Source of the DNA: Nannocystis bainbridge
GTDB lineage: Bacteria; Myxococcota_A; Polyangia; Nannocystales; Nannocystaceae
DNA length: 64,000 nt
NCBI RefSeq assembly: GCF_028368995.1
Contig: NZ_JAQNDL010000001.1
Coordinates: 96,001-160,000, forward strand
Direction of reading: 5' to 3'
Part shown: in pieces, positions 23,088 through 32,936 of the stretch
Numbering within the stretch: the first letter of the stretch is position 1
Layout: every line of letters begins with the position of its first letter
Notes under the pieces: generated by a model
What the model was told of the DNA's origin: nothing
The model's input: the letters and a program-made list of their open reading frames with translations, nothing else
Databases searched by the model: none
Translations under genes and position numbers: made by a program

Positions 23088-24392
23088 TCAGGCGGCGCTG
23101 CTGGTCGGCCCCTCGTGGAGGCCGAACCCGGCGTGCAGGGCCCGCAGGGCCAGCTCGCCGTAGCGCTCGTGGACGACCACGGACACCTTGATCTCGGACG
23201 TCGAGACCATCTGGATGTTGATGTTCTCGCGGGCGAGGATCTCGAACGCCTTGGAGGCGACGCCGGCGTGGGTCCGCATGCCGACGCCGACGATCGAGAT
23301 CTTGCAGATGTCGGGGTCGCTGAGGATCTCCATCGGCCCGGCGCCAGGGAGGAGGTCGAGGCTGCGCAGGCCGGCGACCGCCTTCTTGAGGTCGTTCTCG
23401 GGGACGGTGAAGGTGACGTCGGTCGAGCCGCCGCGGCTGGCGTTCTGGATGATCATGTCGACGACGATGTCGGCGCCGGCGAGCGCGCCGAAGATCGAGG
23501 CGATGGTGCCCGGGACGTCGGGCACGTTGGTGAGGGTGACCTTGGCCTCGTTGCGGTCGAGGGCGACGCCGGTCACGACCGCGGACTCCAGACTCTTCTG
23601 CTCAGACACGATCCACGTCCCTTCGCTGTCGTTCAGGCTCGATCGCACGTGCACCGGCACGCCGAACTTCATGGCGAACTCGACGCTGCGGATCTGCAGC
23701 ACCTTGGCGCCGAGGCTCGCCAGCTCGAGCATCTCCTCGTAGGTGATGCGGTGGATTTTGCGCGCGCGCGGCTCGACCCGCGGGTCGGTGGTGTAGACGC
23801 CGTCGACGTCGGTCAAGATCTCGCAAGCATCGGCCTTGAGCGCTGCCGCGAGCGCGACCGCCGAGGTGTCGGAGCCGCCGCGCCCGAGCGTGGTGATGTT
23901 GCCGGCGGCGTTCAGCCCCTGAAAGCCGGCGCACACCACGACCTTGCCGGCGGTGAGCTCCTGGCGGATGCGCCCGTGGGAAAACCCGAGGATCCGCGCG
24001 TTGGTGTAGGTGCCGTCGGTCTGCAGGCCGATCTGATGGCCGACCAGCGAGATGGCCCGGCCGCCCGCGTTCTGGATCGCCATCGCCAGCAGCGCGGCGC
24101 TGACGTTCTCGCCGGTGCTCACCAGCTGATCGAGCTCGCGCTCGTGGGCGCGGTCGCCGGCCCGCTCACTGGCGAGGTACGGCCCCTTGCTGGCCCGGTC
24201 GCCCTGGCCCTCGCCCTCGCTCGCCAGCGCGTTGGCGAGGCCGATCAAGCGGTTGGTCTCGCCCGCCATCGCCGAGACGACGACGACCACGTCCTGGCCG
24301 GCGCGCTGAGTGGCGAGGGCCCGCTCGGCGACGTTGCGGATCCGCTCGAGCGTGGCGACCGAAGAGCCGCCGAATTTCTGGACGATGAGCAT
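23088..24392 (-). CDS. lysC: aspartate kinase
   Basis: VQKFGGSSV, VVVSAM, TLGRGGSDTSA, TDVDGVYTTDPR, two ACT domains. Confidence 0.96.
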   Translation of the reverse strand: MLIVQKFGGSSVATLERIRNVAERALATQRAGQDVVVVVSAMAGETNRLIGLANALASEGEGQGDRASKGPYLASERAGDRAHERELDQLVSTGENVSAALLAMAIQNAGGRAISLVGHQIGLQTDGTYTNARILGFSHGRIRQELTAGKVVVCAGFQGLNAAGNITTLGRGGSDTSAVALAAALKADACEILTDVDGVYTTDPRVEPRARKIHRITYEEMLELASLGAKVLQIRSVEFAMKFGVPVHVRSSLNDSEGTWIVSEQKSLESAVVTGVALDRNEAKVTLTNVPDVPGTIASIFGALAGADIVVDMIIQNASRGGSTDVTFTVPENDLKKAVAGLRSLDLLPGAGPMEILSDPDICKISIVGVGMRTHAGVASKAFEILARENINIQMVSTSEIKVSVVVHERYGELALRALHAGFGLHEGPTSSAA

Positions 24393-24455
24393 GGCTTTCG
24401 ATCGGGACGCGCGTCCCTCGCGGCCTTGCTGTACCGCAATTGCGGTGCGGCGGCA

Positions 24456-24695
24456 CTATTCTTTTCGCGTCTTGAACAGCGGCAGCTGGAACAGCGCCTC
24501 GGGCGCCCCGCCGTCACGACCGCCGCGCCGCCGCGCCGCCTCTTCCTCGAGGATCGTCTTGATGGCCCCGCGACAGCTGCCGCAGCCGGTGCCCGCCTCG
24601 CAGTCGTCGCCGACCTCGTCGACGCTCCGCGCCCCCCGGCGCACGCAGGCGATCACCTCGTGCTCGAAGACCGAGCTGCACTGGCACAGCAGCAC
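24456..24695 (-). CDS. Bfd-like [2Fe-2S]-binding protein
   Basis: LCQC...AGTGCGSC; GTG at 24695 with GGAGG upstream. Confidence 0.8.
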   Translation of the reverse strand: MLLCQCSSVFEHEVIACVRRGARSVDEVGDDCEAGTGCGSCRGAIKTILEEEAARRRGGRDGGAPEALFQLPLFKTRKE

Positions 24696-24792
24696 CCGCA
24701 CCCCTCCGGGATACCGCAGCCGCAGCCGCCCGTCGACGCCCGTCGACGCCCGTCGGCGAGCGCGGGCGCACGCGCGCAGCCCCGCGCCGGAG

Positions 24793-24828
24793 CGGCCTGT
24801 CCGTTCGGACATGTCCCTCACGACATGT

Positions 24829-24844
<16 letters not shown>
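24793..24844. repeat. 14-bp-period decamer array at the pdxJ 3' end
   Basis: Cores at 24796, 24810 (GGACATGTCC), 24824 (CGACATGTCT), 24838. Confidence 0.85.
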
Positions 24845-25563
<719 letters not shown>

Positions 25564-25684
25564 GCCGCGCGATAGCACCGGCGCGCGCGCTTGTCACCTC
25601 CCCTGTCGCCGGCGCCCGCCGACCTCGGCGCCGGCCCGACGCGGGCCCGTTGAAGCCGCGCGGCCGGGGCACTAGTCTCGCGCT

Positions 25685-27034
25685 GTGCCGTCCGCGTCCG
25701 CGCCCGCAGTCGCCGTCGTCGGCGCGGGCTTCTGCGGCGCCGCCCTCGCCTGGCACCTGGCCCGCGCCGGCGGCCCGCGGGTGACCCTGATCGACGGCCG
25801 CGGCGAGTTCGGTCCCGGCCTGGCCTATCGGACAGGCGATCCGCGCCACCTCCTCAACACCCCGGCCGGGCGGATGAGCGCGCTGGCGGACGACCCCGAG
25901 CATTTCGTCCGCTGGGCCCGGACCGGCGACCATGCAGTCGGCGGCGGCAGCTTCTTGCCGCGCGGCGTCTACGGCGACTACCTGCGCCACCTGGTGGCCG
26001 AGGCGAACGTCACCTGTCTCAAGGGCCATGTCGTGGAAGCCCGCCCGCCCGCCCCGGGCAGGTCCGCCGTGCTGGCGCTGAGCGACGGCACCGAGCTGGC
26101 CGCCGACCACGTCGTGCTCGCCGTCGGCAACCTGCCGCCGCGCCTGCCCGCCGGGCTGGGGCCGCAAGTCCGCGCCGATCCGCGCTACGTCCACGACCCG
26201 TGGACGGCGCCCGGGCCCGCGATCGCGCCGGACGCCACCGTGCTGGTCTGCGGGACAGGTCTGTCGGCGCTCGACCTCGCGCTCGGGCTGGGCGGCGCCG
26301 GCCACCGCGGCCCGATCCACCTGCTGTCGCGCCACGGCCTGTTGCCGCAGGCCCATCGCGCCCCCTCGCGGCCGCCCGAGCCGCATCCGCCCGCGTTCAC
26401 CGACTGGCCAGCCACCGCGCGCGGGAGCCTGCACGCGCTGCGAGCAGCCGCCCGCCTCGAGGCGACCCGCGACGGCGACTGGCGCGACGTGCTGGCCGAC
26501 CTGCGACCGGTGACGCAGGCGATCTGGCGCCGCTGGCCCGCGGACGAGCGCGACCGGTTCGTGCGCCACCTGCGGGTGTTCTGGGAGGCCCACCGCCACC
26601 GCGCGGCCCCGGCGACCGCGGCCGCGATCGCCGAGCTGCGCGCGGCGGGCCGCCTACAGGTCCACGCCGGGCGCGTCGTGGACATGTCCCTCGGGACAGA
26701 CGCGATCACGCTGGCGATCCGCCCGCGCGGCCGGACCGACCGCGTCCACCTGCGCGTCGCGGCGCTGCTCAACGCCACCGGCCCGTCGCCCGACCCGCGC
26801 GACGGCGCCGACCCGTTGCTGCGCGACCTGATCGCCCGCGGCCTGCTGGTGCCCGAGCCGCTCGGCGCGGCGATCACCGACGACGGCGCGGTGATCGACG
26901 CCCACGGCCGCGCCTCGAGCTGGCTGCACGCGCTCGGCGGCCTGCGCCGGCCGCAGCTGTGGGAGACGACGGCCGTGCTCGAGCTGGCGCCCCAGTGTCA
27001 GGCGCTGGCCGAGCGGCTGCGGGGCCGGCAGTGA
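25685..27034 (+). CDS. FAD/NAD(P)-binding protein (YdhS-like)
   Basis: VVGAGFCG, GPGLAY...HLLNTPAGRMS, GTGLSALD, SRHGLLP, LWETTAV. Confidence 0.85.
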   Translation: MPSASAPAVAVVGAGFCGAALAWHLARAGGPRVTLIDGRGEFGPGLAYRTGDPRHLLNTPAGRMSALADDPEHFVRWARTGDHAVGGGSFLPRGVYGDYLRHLVAEANVTCLKGHVVEARPPAPGRSAVLALSDGTELAADHVVLAVGNLPPRLPAGLGPQVRADPRYVHDPWTAPGPAIAPDATVLVCGTGLSALDLALGLGGAGHRGPIHLLSRHGLLPQAHRAPSRPPEPHPPAFTDWPATARGSLHALRAAARLEATRDGDWRDVLADLRPVTQAIWRRWPADERDRFVRHLRVFWEAHRHRAAPATAAAIAELRAAGRLQVHAGRVVDMSLGTDAITLAIRPRGRTDRVHLRVAALLNATGPSPDPRDGADPLLRDLIARGLLVPEPLGAAITDDGAVIDAHGRASSWLHALGGLRRPQLWETTAVLELAPQCQALAERLRGRQ

Positions 27035-27083
27035 CGTGTCCCTCGGGGCATGTCCTCGACGACATGCCCCTTCAGACAGCCTC
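27032..27083. repeat. 14-bp-period decamer array filling a convergent intergenic gap
   Basis: Cores at 27035, 27049 (GGGCATGTCC), 27063 (CGACATGCCC), 27077. Confidence 0.85.
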
Positions 27084-28439
27084 TCACTCGTCTGACTCGG
27101 GCTCGCCCGTGCCTCCGCGCAGCTGCTGCAAGCGGGCCCACGCGGCCGCCTCCCACCCGCGCGGGCCCGGTTGGGCGTAGCGCTGGCCGCGGAGCGCCTC
27201 GGGCAGGTAGCTCTCGCCCCCCGGCACCACCCCGCCGTCGAAGTCGTGCGGGTACTTGTAGCCGACCCCGTACTGCGCCTCGCGCATCAACGCGGTCACG
27301 GCGTTGCGGACCGCCATCGGCACCTCGAGGCTGCCCGCGCGCATCACATCCTTGCGCGCGTTGGCGTAGGCCGTCAGGGCCGTGTTGCTCTTCGGCGCCA
27401 GCGCCAGGAACAGCGCCGCCTGCGTCAGCGGCAGCACCGCCTCGGGCATGCCGATCTGGTGGGCCGCCTGGGCCGCAGCGACCGCCAGCGGCAGCGCCTG
27501 CGGCTCGGCGTTGCCGACGTCTTCGGCGGCGAAGATCACGATCCGCCGCGCCACGAAATCGACGTCTTCGCCCGCCTCGAGCATGCGCGCCAGCCAGTAC
27601 ACCGCCGCGTCGGCGTCGCTGGCCCGCATGCTCTTGATGAAGGCCGAGACCACGTTGTAGTGCTCCTCGCCGGCCTTGTCGTAGCGCAGCGAGCGGCCTC
27701 CGACCGCCAGCTGCGCCACCTCGCGGCTCAGCTGCGTCTCGCCCTCGGGCACCAGGTCGACCGCCAGCTCGAGCGTCCCGAGCGCCCGCCGGGCGTCGCC
27801 CTGCGCCGTGTGAGCCAGCGCCGCCAGCAGCCCGTCCTCGGCCTCGAGCTTGCGCGCCCCGAGCCCGCGCTCCTCGTCGGTCAGCGCCCGCCGCAGCAGC
27901 GCCACCAGGTCGCGGACCTCGATCGGCCGCAGCTGCAGCACCCGCACCCGGCTCAGCAGCGCCGCGTTGACCTCGAAGCTCGGGTTCTCGGTCGTCGCCC
28001 CGACCAGCGCGCACACCCCGGCCTCGAGGTGCGGCAGCAGGATGTCCTGCTGCGCCTTGTTGAAGCGGTGGATCTCGTCGACGAACAGCAGCGTCCCGCG
28101 GCCCTCGTGGGCCCGGCGCCGGCGCGCGACCTCGACCACCTCGCGCAGCTCCTTGGCCCCGGCCGAGGTCGCTGACAGCACGCAGAACGCGCTCTGCGTG
28201 TGCTCGGCCAGCAGCCGCGCCAGCGTCGTCTTGCCGGTCCCGGGAGGCCCCCACAGGATCAGGCTCGGCACCCTCCCGGTGTCCGCGAGCCGTCGCAAGA
28301 TCTTCCCCGGCGCGAGCAAGTGCGTCTGCCCCACGACCTCGTCGAGGCGGCGCGGCCGCATGCGCTCGGCCAGCGGCACCAGCGTGGGGTCGCGTTGCCA
28401 GGCCCGCTCGAAGAGGTCGTCGCTCGCGTGGGACTGCAC
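27084..28439 (-). CDS. rarA: replication-associated recombination protein A (MgsA/RarA AAA+ ATPase)
   Basis: PLAERMRP, LWGPPGTGKTT, DEIHRFNKAQQD, GATTENPSF, SAFIKSMR, YKYPHD. Confidence 0.95.
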   Translation of the reverse strand: MQSHASDDLFERAWQRDPTLVPLAERMRPRRLDEVVGQTHLLAPGKILRRLADTGRVPSLILWGPPGTGKTTLARLLAEHTQSAFCVLSATSAGAKELREVVEVARRRRAHEGRGTLLFVDEIHRFNKAQQDILLPHLEAGVCALVGATTENPSFEVNAALLSRVRVLQLRPIEVRDLVALLRRALTDEERGLGARKLEAEDGLLAALAHTAQGDARRALGTLELAVDLVPEGETQLSREVAQLAVGGRSLRYDKAGEEHYNVVSAFIKSMRASDADAAVYWLARMLEAGEDVDFVARRIVIFAAEDVGNAEPQALPLAVAAAQAAHQIGMPEAVLPLTQAALFLALAPKSNTALTAYANARKDVMRAGSLEVPMAVRNAVTALMREAQYGVGYKYPHDFDGGVVPGGESYLPEALRGQRYAQPGPRGWEAAAWARLQQLRGGTGEPESDE

Positions 28440-28461
28440 GGTGCGTGGTAGCCTACCAGGC

Positions 28462-28995
28462 GTGACGCGCCGCGCCGCCCCTCCCGCGCCCGCGACCGCC
28501 CGCCGGTGGTCGACCTCGCCGCGTGCGCTGACCCTCGCGCTCGCCGTGGTCGCCGGCGTCGGGCCCGCCTGCGACGAGAAGTTCCAGTCCTTCCTCCGCA
28601 ACGCCTCCGACCGCCACGTCGAGCGCGAGAAGAAGAAGGAGACCGACGCCGATCGGGACGCCATCGAGGCGGCCGCGATCTCGCCGCCCGTGCGCGCCGC
28701 GATCGCCCTGGTCCGCACCAGCGACTACGACTTCGTCGCGGTCAAGTCCGACGGCAGCCGCAAGCGCTACAGCGGCTTCGACTTCGCCGCCATGCTCGAG
28801 ACCAAATCTCGCTGGCTCGGCCGCGGCCTCGACGAGCTGTCCGCCTGGCTCGACCAGATCGGCGGCCGCACCTTCTTCGGCGGCCGCTCCTACTTCGTCC
28901 GCTTGCCCGACGGCCGCGAGCTCAACTTCCGCAGCTGGCTCGAGGCCGAGATCGCGGCCCTGCCGACCGCCCTGCCCGCCACGGAGACCCCATGA
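28462..28995 (+). CDS. putative lipoprotein, DUF5329/YfeK-like
   Basis: Hydrophobic stretch ending GPAC; ...AAMLETK...WLDQIGGRT...YFVRLPDG...WLEAEI pattern resembles DUF5329. Confidence 0.6.
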   Translation: MTRRAAPPAPATARRWSTSPRALTLALAVVAGVGPACDEKFQSFLRNASDRHVEREKKKETDADRDAIEAAAISPPVRAAIALVRTSDYDFVAVKSDGSRKRYSGFDFAAMLETKSRWLGRGLDELSAWLDQIGGRTFFGGRSYFVRLPDGRELNFRSWLEAEIAALPTALPATETP

Positions 28996-29384
28996 CCGCA
29001 AAGATTGGCATCATCCTCGCCGGCCTCCTCGGCATGCTCGGCGTCGCCGCCGGAGCCTTCGGCGCCCACGGCCTGCGCGACCGCGTCGGCCCGCGCGAGC
29101 TCGAGATCTGGAACACCGGCGCGCACTACCAGCAGGTCCACGCCGTCGTCCTCCTGGCCGTCGCCCTGTGGGCCCTGTCCGCCTCGACCCGCGGCGAGCC
29201 GGTCGCCCTCCACGGCGTCGCCATGTCGCTGTTCGTCGCCGGCATCGCCATCTTCTCCGGCACCCTCTACGCCATCACCCTCGGCGGCCCGCGGATCCTC
29301 GGCGCCGTCACCCCGCTGGGCGGCCTGTGCCTGCTCGCCGGGTGGCTGACGATCGTCGTCCTCGGCCTGCGTCAGGTCGGGTAG
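28992..29384 (+). CDS. DUF423 (YgdD/TMEM256) membrane protein
   Basis: GAFGAHGL, YQQVHA, IFSGTLY, GAVTPLGG. Confidence 0.9.
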   Translation: MTAKIGIILAGLLGMLGVAAGAFGAHGLRDRVGPRELEIWNTGAHYQQVHAVVLLAVALWALSASTRGEPVALHGVAMSLFVAGIAIFSGTLYAITLGGPRILGAVTPLGGLCLLAGWLTIVVLGLRQVG

Positions 29385-29465
29385 CGGCCCGCTCGACCGG
29401 AGCCCGCCGCTTCGGCCCGCGTCTGGCAGCCGGTCGGCCTGTATCGACCTGCCGGCCGTACTTCG

Positions 29466-29545
29466 AGACATGTTCTATCGAACATGTCTCGAAGAGCATG
29501 CGCATGAAGACATGCTCTCATGCGCATGTCCCGGGGGCCATGCTC
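29466..29545. repeat. 14-bp-period palindromic decamer array (6 units), intergenic between convergent genes
   Basis: CATG at 29469, 29483, 29497, 29511, 29525, 29539; the first two units form the larger palindrome CTTCGAGACATGTTC...GAACATGTCTCGAAG. Confidence 0.9.
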
Positions 29546-29589
29546 CTGTCACGCGCGTCGCGCCTCCGGAGCGCGCGCCGGCCCGTCGC

Positions 29590-30606
29590 TCAGTCGACCC
29601 CGCAGTAGCGCAGCGCGCAGGTCGGCGGCGCAGGCAGCTTGTACATCACGAACGGCCCGCAATTCTGCACCGCGATCGGGACCTTGAAGTGGCAGCTCTC
29701 GCCCTCCCAGTGGAAGCAGACCTCGCGCGCCACCACCCCGTCGGCGGGGCCCGGATCGGTCCCGCTGAGCCACCCGGGCGCGTGCGTCCCGCACGAGAAC
29801 TGCGGCGGCGCCGTGGTCGGCATGCGCCGCCCGGCCGAGCCGACGAAGCGCGACCACTGGCCCTCGGCCGGCAGATCCAGGTCGCACTCGACCTCCTCGA
29901 TCTGCGACGCCACGTTGCGCCCCGGCTGCGCCAGCGCGACCGCCTGCCCGCACTCGCCTGGTAGGTCCTCGGTCACGCACCCGTTGCAGCCGTCGCCGGG
30001 CGTCGCATTGCCGTCGTCGCACAGCTCGCCCTCGGCCGCCTGTAGCACGTTGTCGCCGCAGCGGGGCGCGAGCGCCGAGCAGCCGGGCGCGCAGCCCTCG
30101 TAGCTGTTGTCGTTGATCTTGTCGTCACACGCCTCGGTCCCCGCGCGGACGAAGCCGTCGCCGCAGCGCGCTTCCTTGCAGGTCGTCGGGCAGTCGTCGG
30201 TGTCCGAAGCGTTGCCGTCGTCGCACTCCTCGCCGTCCTCGATGGTCCCGTTGCCGCAGTCGGCGGGCGGCTCGGTCGTCACCGTCACCGTGAACGACGT
30301 CGGCCCGATGGTGGGGTCGGTGAACACGGTCGTGAAGGTCGGATCGATCGTCGTCGGGTCGATCGTCGTCGGGTCGATCGTCGTCGGGTCGATCGTCGTC
30401 GGGTCGATCGTCGTCTCGGTCGTCGGCGGATCGATCGTCGTCGGCAGCGTATCGGTCAGCGTATCGGTCAGCGTATCGGTGGTGATGGAGGTCGAAATGG
30501 TGTCGGTCGTATCGATCTTGATCGCGAAGCAGCCGCTCACGAGGTGCGCAAAAACAAGCCCTCGTGCCACGAGCCCCCACCGTCTACAAGCGAGTAACAT
30601 ATGCAC
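29590..30606 (-). CDS. lipoprotein with Thr/Asp/Pro stalk, Cys-rich (DUF4215-like) repeats and C-terminal uromodulin/GP2/OIT3-like D8C domain
   Basis: VSGC lipobox; TTIDP repeats; CGNG/CGDG units; CDLDL...WSRFVGSAGRRMPT...CGTHAPGWLSG...VCFHW...C...VQNCG..VMYKL..PPTC.LRYC. Confidence 0.8.
   Translation of the reverse strand: MHMLLACRRWGLVARGLVFAHLVSGCFAIKIDTTDTISTSITTDTLTDTLTDTLPTTIDPPTTETTIDPTTIDPTTIDPTTIDPTTIDPTFTTVFTDPTIGPTSFTVTVTTEPPADCGNGTIEDGEECDDGNASDTDDCPTTCKEARCGDGFVRAGTEACDDKINDNSYEGCAPGCSALAPRCGDNVLQAAEGELCDDGNATPGDGCNGCVTEDLPGECGQAVALAQPGRNVASQIEEVECDLDLPAEGQWSRFVGSAGRRMPTTAPPQFSCGTHAPGWLSGTDPGPADGVVAREVCFHWEGESCHFKVPIAVQNCGPFVMYKLPAPPTCALRYCGVD
30341..30480. repeat. coding tandem repeats: 5x15 bp (TTIDP) and 3x12 bp (TDTL)
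   Basis: GG(G/A)TCGATCGTCGTC x5 at 30341-30415; CAGCGTATCGGT x3 at 30445-30480. Confidence 0.9.
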
Positions 30607-30765
30607 TTCAAGTTACTCGTGGGCCCCGCACCCGTGCAAGGCCGAGCCCTCGATCGGGCTGGCCCGGGCCTGCGCGGCGCGATCCCGCGTGTTCGTGTGT
30701 CGCTCGCGGGTGCGGGCAATCGGCGTCAGTTGACAGCCGGCGAGCATTGCCGCATCGAGGCTCTG

Positions 30766-32904
30766 ATGACGAGGCAAACCCACCGCCCCTGGTTCGGTGC
30801 CGCGCTCGGGATTGTGTGGCTCGCGGGCTGTCCGAGCAGCCCGAACGCCAACGACACCGACGACCCGACCGCGACTGGTAACACGTCGATGACTGCGCCG
30901 TCCGGCGGGCCCACCGAGGCCACCGCGGGCGAGACCGAAGATCCGACGGCCGGCGATCCGACCGAGGACGGCGACGCCGCGGACCCTGGCCGCGTCACCG
31001 TTCACCGGCTCAACCGCACCGAGTACAACAACACCGTCCGGGACCTTCTCGGCACCGCGCAGCGGCCGGCCGACAGCTTCCCCGCCGACGACTTCGGCCT
31101 CGGCTTCGACAACATCTCCGACGTCCTCAGCCTCTCGCCGCTGCAGGCCGAGCTCTATGAGCGGGCCGCCGAGGGTCTGATCCTCGAGGCGATGGAGATC
31201 CCGATCACCGACCCGGGCACCTGGCAGATCGAGGCCGAAGACGCGCTCGCCTCGGTCGGCGGCGCCAGCGGCGAGGCCTGGAACCTCTACAGCAACGGCG
31301 AGGTGTACCAGACCATCGAGCTGCCCTACGACGGCCAGTACAAATTCAGCGCCCGCGTGTGGGGCCAGCAGGCCGGGCCCGACCTGCCGCACATGAACCT
31401 CACCGTCGACCAGGCGCCGGTGGCGATGTTCGACGTCGAGGCGGTGCAGAACGGCGCCCAGGTCTACGAGATCGAGATCGACGCCACCGCCGGCGTGCAC
31501 AAGTTCGCGGTCGAGTTCACCAACGACTTCTACGACGAGCCGAACATGGCCGACCGCAACCTGCTGGTCGACTGGTTCAAGGTCGAGGGCCCGATCAACC
31601 TGCCCGACGGCGACAACCCGCAGCGCACGCGCATCATGGTGTGCGACCCGAACGTCGACGGCGAAGAGGTCTGTCTGCGCCAGATCTTGAGCAGGTTCAC
31701 CGAGCGCGCCTGGCGACGCGCGGTCACCGGCGCCGAGCTCGACGCGCTGATGAAGTTCGTCAGCGACGCCAAGGGCGCCGGCGACACCTGGGAGTCGGGC
31801 CTGCGCATCGCCCTCCAGGCCGTCCTCGTCTCGCCGTACTTCATCTTCCGCGTCGAGCTCGACCCGGCGCCGACCGATCTCACGCCGCACCCGCTCGACG
31901 ACTTCGAGCTCGCCTCGCGCCTCTCCTACTTCCTGTGGAGCAGCATGCCCGACGACGAGCTGTTCGCCGCCGCGGCGGCCGGCAACCTCGAGGACCCGGA
32001 GGTGCTCGAGACCCAGGCCCGGCGCATGCTCGCCGACGACCGCGCCCGCGCCCTCATCGACAACTTCGCCGGTCAGTGGTGGCTGATCCGCAACATCGCC
32101 GTCGCCTTCAAGGACGTGGCGATGTACCCGCAGTGGAACGACGCCATGCGCGCGTCGATGCGGACCGAGATGCGCCTGTTCGCCGAGGCGTTCTTCTCCG
32201 AGGACCGCGACATGCTCGAGATGCTCACGGCCACCGACACCTTCGTCGACGCCACGCTCGCCGGGCACTACGGCATCGAGGGCCAGTTCGGGGCCGAGTT
32301 CGCCCCGGTCGACTTCGGCGACCTGCCGTTCCAGGGCATCCTCAACAAGGCCGGCCTGATGACGGTGCTCTCGCACGCCGACCACACCTCGCCGGTCAAG
32401 CGCGGCAAGTGGGTGCTCGAGAGCCTGCTGTGTCAGGTCCCGCCGCCGCCGCCGCCGGGCGTCGACACCAAGCTGAACCCGATCGAGGGCAAGACCCAGC
32501 GCGAGATCCTCGAGGCGCACCGCGAGAAGCCCGAGTGCATCGGCTGCCACGTCACCATGGACCCACTCGGCTTCGGCCTCGAGCACTACGACCCGCTCGG
32601 CGCCTGGCGCGACCTCGACAACGGCCTGCCGATCGACCCCTCGGGCACGCTGCCCAACAGCACCCCGTTCGCCGACGGGCTCGAGATGCAGACGCTGATC
32701 GCCGACGAGCCCGACTTCTTGCGCTGCATCACCCGCAAGACCTTCATCTACGCGCTCGGTCGCGCCGTCGCGGTGAAGGACATCCCGTACCTCGACGAGG
32801 CCACCGAGACCTTCTCGGCCAACGACCGTCGCTTCTCCGACCTCGTCGTCTCGCTCGTCACCAGCGAGCCGTTCCGCATGCGCCGCGGCGACCCCGCGAT
32901 GTGA
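30766..32904 (+). CDS. DUF1587/1595/1592/1588/1585 lipoprotein with inserted carbohydrate-binding-like module and CxxCH motif
   Basis: LAGC lipobox; RLNRTEYNNTVRDL, FTERAWRR, ELASRLSYFLWSSMPD, TSPVKRGKWV, CIGCH; NDFYD..DRNLLVD insert. Confidence 0.9.
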   Translation: MTRQTHRPWFGAALGIVWLAGCPSSPNANDTDDPTATGNTSMTAPSGGPTEATAGETEDPTAGDPTEDGDAADPGRVTVHRLNRTEYNNTVRDLLGTAQRPADSFPADDFGLGFDNISDVLSLSPLQAELYERAAEGLILEAMEIPITDPGTWQIEAEDALASVGGASGEAWNLYSNGEVYQTIELPYDGQYKFSARVWGQQAGPDLPHMNLTVDQAPVAMFDVEAVQNGAQVYEIEIDATAGVHKFAVEFTNDFYDEPNMADRNLLVDWFKVEGPINLPDGDNPQRTRIMVCDPNVDGEEVCLRQILSRFTERAWRRAVTGAELDALMKFVSDAKGAGDTWESGLRIALQAVLVSPYFIFRVELDPAPTDLTPHPLDDFELASRLSYFLWSSMPDDELFAAAAAGNLEDPEVLETQARRMLADDRARALIDNFAGQWWLIRNIAVAFKDVAMYPQWNDAMRASMRTEMRLFAEAFFSEDRDMLEMLTATDTFVDATLAGHYGIEGQFGAEFAPVDFGDLPFQGILNKAGLMTVLSHADHTSPVKRGKWVLESLLCQVPPPPPPGVDTKLNPIEGKTQREILEAHREKPECIGCHVTMDPLGFGLEHYDPLGAWRDLDNGLPIDPSGTLPNSTPFADGLEMQTLIADEPDFLRCITRKTFIYALGRAVAVKDIPYLDEATETFSANDRRFSDLVVSLVTSEPFRMRRGDPAM

Positions 32905-32936
32905 AGCCCACTACCCCAAACTCCGGAGACATCACG

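Noticed and set aside
29466-29545. 14-bp arrays as CRISPR or iteron arrays
   Set aside because: Spacers are only 4 nt, units are degenerate, and there are no cas or rep genes; reported as a separate repeat family instead.
31359-32936. N-terminal extension of the DUF1552 ORF (978 aa)
   Set aside because: Off-frame overlap with the DUF1592 gene; an RBS and Tat signal support the start at 32937.
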